A stretch of 64,000 bases of DNA from Penicillus capitatus (taxonomy: Eukaryota; Plantae; Chlorophyta). This document shows, in pieces, positions 34,186 through 45,395 of the stretch. Position numbers and translations under genes: made by a program. Within the stretch, counting starts at the first letter, position 1. Each line of letters opens with the position of its first letter. The stretch covers positions 1,317,439 through 1,381,438 of the forward strand of contig OZ287701.1 in the NCBI GenBank assembly GCA_965649825.1, given 5' to 3'. The notes under the pieces were generated by a model, which saw only the letters and a list, made by a program, of their open reading frames with translations, was not told where the DNA came from and searched no databases.

Positions 34186-37100
34186 ATGCAAGCTCGTGCT
34201 CCTGACGAAGGACCCAGTGGCGCTCGGCCATCCGCGTCGGAAACTGACGGTCAGCTCACAACCCAAGATGTCCAGACCGAAGAACGTCACGAACGAATCC
34301 TTCTGCGCGCTGTCGTGAGGAGGTGCAACATCGACAGCACCAAGTCGTTGGTCGCGGCGTACAACGCGGCCACGGACGAAGACGAACGCGCAGTCCTCCT
34401 CGGATGGCTGTGCAAGTATCACGAACGAAGGGAAGATAGTCTCGCGCCGAAGGCTGTGCTCGAGTATGCAGAACTGGTCAACATCGCCCCAAGCTCCGAA
34501 AACGAGAAAGCCATTATGCAAAATCTGATTTACGACCTTTGTTCCTCCATATCCGAAGGAGAATTCCTGAAACCGAACTTCGCCGCCGCCCTCCACAGGG
34601 CACTTGTGCACATCGATCCATCTGTGTACGGTGGCGCCGAGCAGCTGATAGTTGTAGCAAAGAAGCTTTTGGGAAGTCTATCTGCGACACCGATCCTTAA
34701 CAGAGAGAACTTCTCGGAGCACAAATGGACCTTTCTCACACTTCAACAAACGTTTTTTCTGCTTAATGCCGTCAATCAAAACGAGATCCGCAAAGAAGAG
34801 AAGCGAGCGTTGAGTAGAACCATTGCAGAGAAAGAGAGAACCATGAAACTCTCCTGCGAGTTGTACTCTGTGGACATGCATTTCCGAGTTCTTCGTCAAG
34901 CAGTCAAACGCCTTAAAGGCGACACTACTCCACGAATAGTTTCACGAACAAAACAATATGTCGTTCGTGGACTCGTGCGTGTTTTTCATCCTCTTAGAAA
35001 TCGGGCAAGGGGCGACATCGATCCGACGGCCCTTGGGGATTCAAGCGAAAGAAACCAGGTCTCCGTTATCGAAATGTCGAAAATGTCGAAGAGACCTTGG
35101 TTCGACTCGCTATGGGATCTGATGGCGGCAAGGCTGAAAGCGACGAAGAACGAAATTAACCTTGCTGCCTTCGAGTCCGCGTACAGTAGCGCAATAGAGA
35201 ATCAACGAAAGATAGAAAACGGCGAAGAGTTGAAGGCGCTGAGATTTGGAATCATTGACGAGTTGGGCATGCTAGCCATCGAAGGATCGTCGGAGAGCAC
35301 TCGCAGAGAAGCAGCGATCATGTTGTCGGATCTGGCAACGCAGCAAGCCGTCGGCGAAGGATGGATCGACGATGACGACATCTTGATCGCACTCTTGGAT
35401 GTCACATACGACGTGCATATGAGTGGCCAAGGCAACGAAACGATCAAGGAAGCACTCGAAGCCTTACATCGAGCTTGCGAGGGATCTTCCAGAGACGCGC
35501 TCGTGGAATGGTTGGACGGAAACAGCCTAGAAGACAAGCTTCGAGCTGGAAGTTTACAGGGGATCGTGCCGGAACACGAAGAATTGTTGACTCAGATTGG
35601 CAGAGACGTGGGGTACGTTCCACTAGCTGTCATGAATGCACAAGAAGAAGAGTTGAGGCAGAGATACTTGCACGATGACTTTGCGACGGTATCGCAACGA
35701 GAAGCACATCCAAGTCGATAAGGGTGTTTTGTTCCTGCAGGTGACTCCTTTGACCGAAGAAGGATCTCTCAAACACGTCAAGGACATGAAGCACCACGTC
35801 GTACTCTCTGGCGAAATCGTAGAAGTGCGGGGGACCGAACCGAGAGATGGATCAGAAGGAGCTGTCCAAGGAGTGGGAGAAAGGAAGGGAGAATCTTCAA
35901 ACCGCGGAGGGAACCAAGCGAAGGAATACTGCGAGGAGAAGACAAGAGTCAAGAACCCTATTGCTCTGGACGACCTGTTCAAACGAAGAGCTCTCAAACC
36001 CGGAGACCCGGAAAGCGAAGTCCAGAGGGTGCTTCTCTGCGGAAACCCCGGCTCGGGAAAGACGTGCGTCGCAAGAGTCATTGCACACAGATGGGCAATG
36101 GGAGAAATGGCACAGGATTTCAACGCCGTTTACGCTGTGCCGGCGAGTCATCTCAACGGTGCAGGGCACAACGGACAGAAGTGGACAAGACTCGAAGAAG
36201 CTGTATCGCAGATGTGCTTCCCCGAAAGCAAGCACACTTCTGACTTCGAAGACCTAGTCGCTCGAGTGGAACTCGATCTCGACGACCCTTCGACTCTGCT
36301 CATTTTCGATGGATTGGAAGAGGCGGATGACCATGCGATCGACTTCTTGTCCACCATATGGGAGCGATCCTGCAAGGTGCTGCTTCTTTCTCGTCCGTAC
36401 AACACGAGAGACGTGGAAACACGCGTCGATATCCAAGTGGAGTGTCTCGGATTTGACGATCAGCAGTTGAGAGACTACATAAAGGGCGAAATGTCCGAAG
36501 ACGAGGCTCCGAGGCTCATCCACTTTCTCGAAGACTCTAGTGCTTTGTGGGAGATGGCGCACATTCCAATGATAGCAAACATTCTCTGTTCCTTGTCGAA
36601 GAAGCACGGAACCGCAACGGAGGAACGAGGAAAGAGAGCGAGCATGTTCAAAATATACAACGACATAACGCACTTTGTCTGGAAAAGATTTGAAGAAAAG
36701 CCAACGACAGAAAACATACACGATTCGGAGCTCTTCAGAGATGTGGAGAAGATAGCCTTTGAATCGCTCCTTAAGAAACGAATTGTCGTCCAAGGAACAT
36801 TTGTTATGCAACACGCAACGTCCAAGAATGCAACTCGAATTCTCGAAGACACTGGACTCCTCTTGCCCGTGTCGGAGGGCCAAGAGTATCAGTTCCCTTA
36901 CCTATCGTTTCATAAGTATTTTGCCTCAAGATACATCGCAAAAACCCTAAGAACACAAGGATCGGACGAGGGAAGAGTGCTGGAGTTCATTCGACAAGAA
37001 AAATACAATCGAAAGCATGCATTGACACTTTCCTTCGCTATGAACTCCTTAGCACAAGGGAGAAGCAAGTCTGCAATGCAAGAGATGCTTTCACTTGTCG

Positions 37101-40100
37101 ACGAAGCACCCATCGAAGTTCTGGGGATACAGCACTTTTTCCTTAGGATGCGAGTACTCGAGGCAACACTGGAAGAGACAGATGAAGACGATCTGGAAGA
37201 ACTTTTGAACGACAGACAAGTGGTCAGACTCGTAAAAAGTGCCCGTCATCTGCTCGAGCGCACTATAGACGATCTTCCGATTCGCAAGATCGTTGTCCAA
37301 GAGTTTCAACAATTGTCTCGCGTCTTGGAAGCATTTCCTCAAATACTCAATGAAACCATCGAAGAAATAAAAAAGACGCTGGCGAGCGTGCATCAGTTAA
37401 CACGAGAAGAAATGGCCAAAATCACAGATCTCTTAAAGCTCGCAAGTCACCATCCGAAGCAGAGTGAAACGATAATTCAATTCGTATTGCAAAAAGTGGG
37501 AGAACCCGATGGTTGGCGCACTCCAAAGCAGTGCATGGAAAGGTTAAGTGTCATCGCAGAACAACTGCCTCAACATGCCGGCGAAGTTCTGCCGACTATG
37601 GCTAAGGGGTGCGGCGACGGAGACAAGGACGTGTGTCGAGCGGCAATGACTGCACTTGGGAATGTCGTCGCGAAAGCGCCTCAACACGCCGGCGAGGCTG
37701 TGGCGACGCTGGCAAAGGGATGCGACGACGTAATCTGGACCGTTCGTCAAGCGGCGATGACCGCACTTGGGAATATCCTCGCGGCCGCGCCTCAACACGC
37801 CGGCGAGGCTGTGGCGACGCTGGCAAAGGGGTGCGACGACGTTGACGAGGACGTGCGTAAAGCGGCGGTGACCGCACTTGGGAATGTCGTCGCGAAAGCG
37901 CCTCAACACGCCGGCGAGGCTGTGGCGACGCTGGCTAAGAAGTGTGGCGACGTTGACGAGGACGTGCGCCAAGCGGCGATGACCGCACTTGGAAATGTCC
38001 TCGCGAAAGCGCCTCAACACGCCGGCGAGGCTGTGGCGACGCTGGCAAAGGGGTGCGACGACGTAATCTGGACCGTTCGTCAAGCAGCGATGACCGCACT
38101 TGGGAATGTCGTCGCGGCGGCGCCTCAACACGCTGACGAAGCTGTGGCGACGCTGGCAAAGGGGTGCGACGACGTAGACGAGGACGTGCGTCAAGCGGCG
38201 ATGACCGCACTTGGGAATGTCCTCGCGAAAGCGCCACAACACGCCGGCGAGGCTGTGGCGACGCTGGCAAAGGGATGCGACGACGTAATCTGGACCGTTC
38301 GTCAAGCGGCGATGACCGCACTTGGGAATATCCTCGCGGCCGCGCCTCAACACGCCGGCGAGGCTGTGGCGACGCTGGCAAAGGGGTGCGACGACGTAGA
38401 CGAGGACGTGCGTAAAGCGGCGATGACTGCACTTGGGAATGTCGTCGCGAAAGCGCCTCAACACGCCGGCGAGGCTGTGGCGACGCAGGCAAAGGGGTGC
38501 GACGACGTAATCTGGACCGTTCGTCAAGCGGCGATGACCGCACTTGGGAATATCCTCGCGGCCGCGCCACAACACGCCGGCGAGGCTGTGGCGACGTTGG
38601 CAAAGGGGTTTGGCGACGGAAGCCGGAGCGTGCGTCAAGCGGCGATGACCGCACTTGGGAATGTCGTCGCGAAAGCGCCTCAACACGCCAGCGAGGCTGT
38701 GGCGACGCTTGCAAAGGGGTGCGACGACGTAGACGAGGACGTGCGTCAAGCGGCGATGACCGCACTTGGGAATGTCGTCGCGAAAGCGCCTCAACACGCC
38801 GGCGAAGCTGTGGCGACGCTGGCAAAGGGGTGCGACGACGTAGACGAGGACGTGCGCCAAGCGGCGATGACCGCACTTGGAAATGTCCTCGCGAAAGCGC
38901 CTCAACACGCCGGCGAGGCTGTGGCGACGCTGGCAAAGGGATGCGACGACGTAATCTGGACCGTTCGTCAAGCGGCGATGACCGCACTTGGGAATATCCT
39001 CGCGGCCGCGCCACAACACGCCGGCGAGGCTGTGGCGACGCTGGCTAAGAAGTGTGGCGACGTTGACGACGACGTGCGTAAAGCGGCGATGACTGCACTT
39101 GGGAATGTCGTCGCGAAAGCGCCTCAACACGCCGGCGAGGCTGTGGCGACGCTGGCAAAGGGGTGCGGCGACGTTGACAAGGACGTGCGTCGAGCGGCGA
39201 TGACCGCACTTGGGAATATCCTCGCGGCCGCGCCACAACATGCCGGCGAGGCTGTGGCGACGTTGGCAAAGGGGTTTGGCGACGGAAACTGGGGCGTTCG
39301 TCAAGCGGCGATGACCGCACTTGGGAATGTCGTCACGTTAGCGCCTCAACACGCCGGCGAGGCTGTGGCGACGCTGGCTAAGAAGTGTGGCGACGTTGAC
39401 GAGGACGTGCGTAAAGCGGCGGTGACCGCACTTGGGAATGTCGTCGCGAAAGCGCCTCAACACGCCGGCGAGGCTGTGGCGACGCTGGCTAAGAAGTGTG
39501 GCGACGTTGACGAGGACGTGCGTAAAGCGGCGGTGACCGCACTTGGAAATGTCGTCGCGGCGGCGCCTCAACACGCCGGCGAGGCTGTAGCGACGCTGGC
39601 AAAAGGGTGCGACGACGTTGACAAGGACGTGCGTCAAGCGGCGATGACCGCACTTAGGAATGTCGTCGCGAAAGCGCCTCAACACGCCGGCGAGGCTGTG
39701 GCGACGCTGGCTAAGAAGTGTGGCGACGTTGACGACGACGTGCGTAAAGCGGCGATGACTGCACTTGGGAATGTCGTCGCGAAAGCGCCTCAACACGCCG
39801 GCGAGGCTGTGGCGACGCTGGCAAAGGGGTGCGGCGACGTTGACAAGGACGTGCGTCGAGCGGCGATGACCGCACTTGGGAATATCCTCGCGGCCGCGCC
39901 ACAACATGCCGGCGAGGCTGTGGCGACGTTGGCAAAGGGGTTTGGCGACGGAAACTGGGGCGTTCGTCAAGCGGCGATGACCGCACTTGGGAATGTCGTC
40001 ACGTTAGCGCCTCAACACGCCGGCGAGGCTGTGGCGACGCTGGCTAAGAAGTGTGGCGACGTTGACGAGGACGTGCGTAAAGCGGCGGTGACCGCACTTG

Positions 40101-43012
40101 GGAATGTCGTCGCGAAAGCGCCTCAACACGCCGGCGAGGCTGTGGCGACGCTGGCTAAGAAGTGTGGCGACGTTGACGAGGACGTGCGTAAAGCGGCGGT
40201 GACCGCACTTGGAAATGTCGTCGCGGCGGCGCCTCAACACGCCGGCGAGGCTGTAGCGACGCTGGCAAAAGGGTGCGACGACGTTGACAAGGACGTGCGT
40301 CAAGCGGCGATGACCGCACTTAGGAATGTCGTCGCGAAAGCGCCTCAACACGCCGGCGAGGCTGTGGCGACGCTGGCAAAGGGGTGCGACGACGTAATCT
40401 GGACCGTTCGTCAAGCAGCGATTACCGCACTTGGGAATGTCGTCGCGGCGGCGCCTCAACACGCTGACGAAGCTGTGGCGACGCTGGCAAAGGGGTGCGA
40501 CGACGTATTCTGGACCGTGCGCCAAGCGGCGATTACCGCACTTGGGAATGTCCTCGCGAAAGCGCCACAACACGCCGGCGAGGCTGTGGCGACGTTGGCA
40601 AAGTGGTTTGGCGACGGAAACTGGGGCGTTCGTCAAGCGGCGATGACCGCATTTGGGAATGTCGTCGCGGCGGCGCCTCAACACGCTGACGAAGCTGTGG
40701 CGACGCTGGCAAAGGGGTGCGACGACGTATTCTGGACCGTGCGCCAAGCGGCGATGACCGCACTTGGGAATGTCCTCGCGAAAGCGCCTCAACACGCCGG
40801 CGAGGCTGTGGCGACGCTGGCAAAGGGGTGTGGCGACGGAAACTGGAGCGTGCGTCAAGCGGCGATAACCGCACTTGGAAATGTCCTCGCGGCCGCGCCA
40901 CAACATGCCGGCGAGGCTGTGGCGACGTTGGCAAAGGGGTTTGGCGACGGAAACTGGGGCGTTCGTCAAGCGGCGATGACCGCACTTGGGAATGTCGTCG
41001 CGAAAGCGCCTCAACACGCCGGCGAGGCTGTGGCAAAGCTGGCAAAGGGGTGCGACGACGTTGACAAGGACGTGCGCCAAGCGGCGATGACCGCACTTGG
41101 GAATATCCTCGCGGCGGCGCCTCAACACGCCGGCGAGGCTGTGGCGACGCTGGCAAAGAGGTGTGGCGACGTTGACAAGGACGTGCGTCAAGCGGCGATG
41201 ACTGATCTTGGGAATGTCGTCGCGAAAGCGCCTCAACACGCCGGCGTGGCTGTGGCGACGCTGGCAAAGGGGTGCGACGACGTAATCTGGACCGTTCGTC
41301 AAGCGGCGATGACCGCACTTGGGAATATCCTCGCGGCGGCGCCTCAACACGCCGCCGAGGCTGTGGCGACGCTGGCAAAGGGGTGCGACGACGTAATCTG
41401 GATTGTTCGTCAAGCGGCGATGACCGCACTTGGGAATATCCTCGCGGCGGCGCCTCAACACGCCGGCGAGGCTGTGGCGACGCTGGCAAAGGGGTGCGGC
41501 GACGTTGACAAGGACGTGCGTCGAGCGGCGATGACCGCACTTGGAAATGTCCTCGCGGCGGCGCCTCAACACGCCGGCGAGGCTGTGGCGACGCTGGCAA
41601 AGGGGTGCGACGACGTAATCTGGACCGTTCGTCAAGCGGCGATGACCGCACTTGGGAATATCCTCGCGGCGGCGCCTCAACACGCCGGCGAGGCTGTGGC
41701 GACGCTGGCAAAGAGGTGTGGCGACGTTGACAAGGACGTGCGTCAAGCGGCGATGACCGCACTTGGGAATGTCGTCGCGAAAGCGCCTCAACACGCCGGC
41801 GAGACTGTAATGATGCTTGCAAAGGGGTGCGACGACGTAGACGAGGACGTGCGTCAAGCGGCGATGACCGCACTTGGGAATGTCGTCGCGAAAGCGCCTC
41901 AACACGCCGGCGAGACTGTAATGATGCTTGCAAAGGGGTGCGACGACGTAGACGAGGACGTGCGTCAAGCGGCGATGACCGCACTTGGGAATGTCGTCGT
42001 TGAGTCATTGCACGTCCTAAATAAACTATTACAGTTATTAGAGACCGGATACGAAGACAAAGATTTTTATGTGCGTCAGAACGAGATTAAGGCCGTCGGC
42101 AAGGCTTTTAGTGCGAAAGAGTGCTTTACCTACCAACTGATGCTAATACTGGAGAGTGGGTGCGTCCATCAAGACTTCTTTGTGCGTCAAATTGCAATGG
42201 AGACTGTATTCGAGGTCGCTAAAGCGGCGCCAAACCTCGCATCCAAACTGCTGATGCTTCTCGATGGTGGGTGCACTGATGAGGTGTGTTTCGTGCGTTG
42301 CGGTGCCGTCGAGGTCGTCGGCAAGGTCCTTGGGTCAAGGCCACACCTAACGGATAAACTTTTGCCGATGCTTCATAAGGTTCAGAGCGACAAAGACTTC
42401 TTTGTGCGTCTGGGAGCAATTAAGGCCGTCAGCTTTGCCATTGAGTCAGCGCCGCAACTCGTGAGTGAACTCATGCCAATGCTCGAGCGAGGGTGCGTCG
42501 ACCAACACAGAGATGTTCGTTTGAATGCGTTGAAGGCCGTTGGAACGGCGACGAATCTTGTCGGCACACTCATGCCGATGTTGGAGAGAGGATGCATCGA
42601 CGAACACAACGACGTGCGTTCGAACGCGTTGGAGGGTATCAGGGGACTCGTCGAGAAGGCTTTGCACGCCATTTGCGAACTGTTGCCGACGCTTCAGAAA
42701 CGGTGTGACAGTGAACACTCCTCCGTTCAGCAAAATCCGGAAACAACACCGAGCGAATCGAGACTTGATTGGATTCCTCCATCAAGCATCTCTGCCTTAA
42801 AGAACAACCTCTTGCTCATCTTCGTCCAGAACTCGTTTACGCTGGATCCTTCCACGGAAGATGAGAAGGTTCCCCTTGTGTTGCATGCATTATCATCCCA
42901 TGAGATTGGGCGCTGGGAAGGGGAGACTCTCGACGAGTATCTCGGGCATTTGAAGAAACATTTCGAAGAGAAGTTTCCGGGCTTGCTGGAGGACCTTCTG
43001 ATACAAGAATGA
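34186..43012 (+). CDS. NACHT NTPase with N-terminal helical domain and 40 HEAT repeats (NLR-like), ~2924 aa, exons 34186-35688 and 35741-43012
   Basis: GNPGSGKT, LLIFDGLEE, LLSRPY; 52-nt phase-0 intron 35689-35740. Exactly 259 aa (7 x 37) longer than the left paralogue. Confidence 0.9.
37568..42007 (+). repeat. Tandem array of 40 x 111-bp HEAT repeats containing a duplicated 666-bp six-unit block
   Basis: PQH codons every 111 bp from 37568 to 41897. Shadow ORFs 39045..39320 and 39711..39986 are identical and 666 bp apart. Confidence 0.95.
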
Positions 43013-45159
43013 ATGAATCGACGCTTTTCGAATAAACGCTTGCAGAACTCAAGCGATCGAGACACACCAACGCTTACATGATTTTATGCCATTATTTGTC
43101 GTCGGTGTCTTGATGATGGAGCAAACCACTTTCCTTAATGTTTCGGTCAGTCGAAGAAGATTTGCATGTCTCGGGGCGTCTCTTGTTCCACGTATCGCAA
43201 CCAGATATGATATTGTGGCTCGTCTGGCGTGTGTTGTCATTTGCCGGACGTGTGATTCGGGCGCCTTACTGAATGGATCGAAGTACATCCACGTCGCTCT
43301 AGTATGTATCCGTATCGATGGTCGTGGTTTGAAAATGGACTGCATTTTTAAGAGGAGAGTTGTTTAGCCATTAAAGAATGCATCACAAATTGGCAAGGTT
43401 CGCGACATCTTACAGTGCTACGGATGAAGCGATCAAAATGTTGGCACGTTCATGGCGCGTCGGGAAGGGAGAGTCGTTCCTACAAGCAGAGCTAGTTGTG
43501 CACAGAATCTCCACATCCCATGTCGATCCGCGATGATGACGCGTTTGCAGCAAATTCGAGATGGCTACTGTCCGCTTATTGCATCAGATTCGTTTAAGAA
43601 ACAAGGAAAGGTACCCATTTCACTTGTAGTCGGAGAAGGGTGGACGCACATTTTTTCGAATAATCTTTTTACGTGCGACGAGCGAGCAACGAAAGAACAC
43701 GGAGTATCGGCGGACATTTGAATCGCTGAATGCGGCAGGTAAAAAGAAAAGTATAAGAGCTCGGTAATCTCGACCTAAACGTACAATAAAGTTAACAGAC
43801 TAACGACGCGTCAACAAGACGATACCTTGCGGTTTGACAGAAAAGCTCGTGAGGTCAGATTTGGTGGAGGTGCGGAGAGGAGCCGGAAAAAAGATGTCTA
43901 GGCGGTGGCTGTATTTGACCAAGGTTTCCAACTGCTGGAAATGGGCGCTGCTAGAATAACTGAACTAGAGATGCCGAAGAAAGGAGGAAGAACTACGATT
44001 CGGAATGTTCGCTGTCCTTTTCCCTCCAGAGATCCTCAACGAAACAAGTTTGTTCGGTCTTTCCGATGGATAGCCCAAAAGCGACTGCTGTAGAATCTCT
44101 CGGCGTCCGTTTTAAAGAACCAAAAACGATGGAGCTCCTTTCCTACTGTCAAATGCAAAATGAATGACCCCTTCGAAGACTTGCTAAGAATAATGGTTAC
44201 GGTCGAGTTGAGCCGCGAAGGGGTCGAGATGTTTAATGCCTCAGAGCATATCGAATGGACGCAACAGACGGTCAAACACCCAGATCTTGACGTGAAAACA
44301 AACCTACTCGTCGATTGTTCTAGAGCGACAGTTCTCGACGGACGCAAACGATCATGATTCCGATTCATCTTTGTGGCATTCAGGGATTCAAAGGCCGAGC
44401 GCAGAGCCTCGGAATCATGTGTATGAGCTCTTTTTACGGCGAGTTCACAAGCAGGGAGGCGAGGAAGAGAGTACTCGAGAGATCCCTCAAGTTCGACGAA
44501 ATGATGCTGGATGGACACTTTCTGACGCGTACGGTCCCCGCACGAACGAAGAACAGATCGGTAGGCATCCCTCACTTGTCCTCCCGACCGTCCCGTTCCT
44601 CTAGGAGGTGCAATCAGTGGTTGGAGGGAGCATATCAAGATTGCGACCAAATACGGACGATCATCGAACTTCAAGGTTGTCCCTACGACTGCTCTCCGGG
44701 GTATGTGAAGAAGAGCTGTCGAAGTGAATCGTCACCGCGAACAAGTAAAATACAGAAGGGAGGATTGAGGCGCGCTCTTTCAAGCTGCTGTCACATTCTG
44801 CGAGCACTGACTTCTTCGCGAAACACCGCACAGCAAACGAATGAACCCAAGAGATATTTGGACTCCGCCGCGCAATGCACGTTGCGCACTTTTTCAGACC
44901 GCCGGCTGGCGGAAACATCGATGTTAAATCGATAGACGAGTTGGACAAGAAAGAAAAAAGTGTTGTTGCGGAAATGGGAGTGTAAGAGAAAAGTAGTATG
45001 GTGTACCAAAGATTCAAACAGCAGCAAGGAATAAAGAGTTCGACCATCATCCGCCCGACCACGTCGCCTGGGAGCTTAGGGTCCACAAGAAAGGGGCGCA
45101 GAAGAGGAGGCATGGGAGGGGGCCTTTCGCACCGATTTCTCGTGGACTGTGGCGGCGTG

Positions 45160-45395
45160 ATACTCTTTTTATCAAGATGCCCGAGAAGTCCGGGAAAGTT
45201 TTGATCGAAGTCTTGTCGCAGAAACCTAACGAAGGCGTTCGCTTCACTATCACTCAAAACTCCAGCTTTGTGTAAACACATGTTGCGCGAAACACGAACT
45301 CTGTTGCTTCATGGTTTGCCGTGAACTTGAGCGTAAATGCATTTGCACGAACAGATGGTGCAAACCACGTCTGCATCCTTTCAGCATCGACATGC
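45160..45395 (-). pseudogene. C-terminal remnant of a more diverged NACHT-HEAT paralogue
   Basis: SVRANAFTL...FVRFLRQDFDQNFPGLLGHL resembles FVQNSFTL...YLGHLKKHFEEKFPGLLENL; one frameshift. Confidence 0.65.

Larger units (their letters stand above)
32972..44288 (+). repeat. Right arm of the inverted segmental duplication
   Basis: Matches the reverse complement of 2819-20177. The outer match ends at cccagatctt (44279-44288), where the left arm meets the LINE tail. Confidence 0.93.

Noticed and set aside
37568-42007. Regular repeat arrays as CRISPR-like loci
   Set aside because: The units are contiguous in-frame 111-bp coding repeats with no unique spacers, in a eukaryotic intron-containing gene, with no cas genes.
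37544-42008. Long antisense and alternate-frame Arg-rich ORFs (up to 654 aa) over both HEAT arrays
   Set aside because: They are shadows of a GC-rich repeat unit that lacks stops in other frames; they start and end with the arrays.
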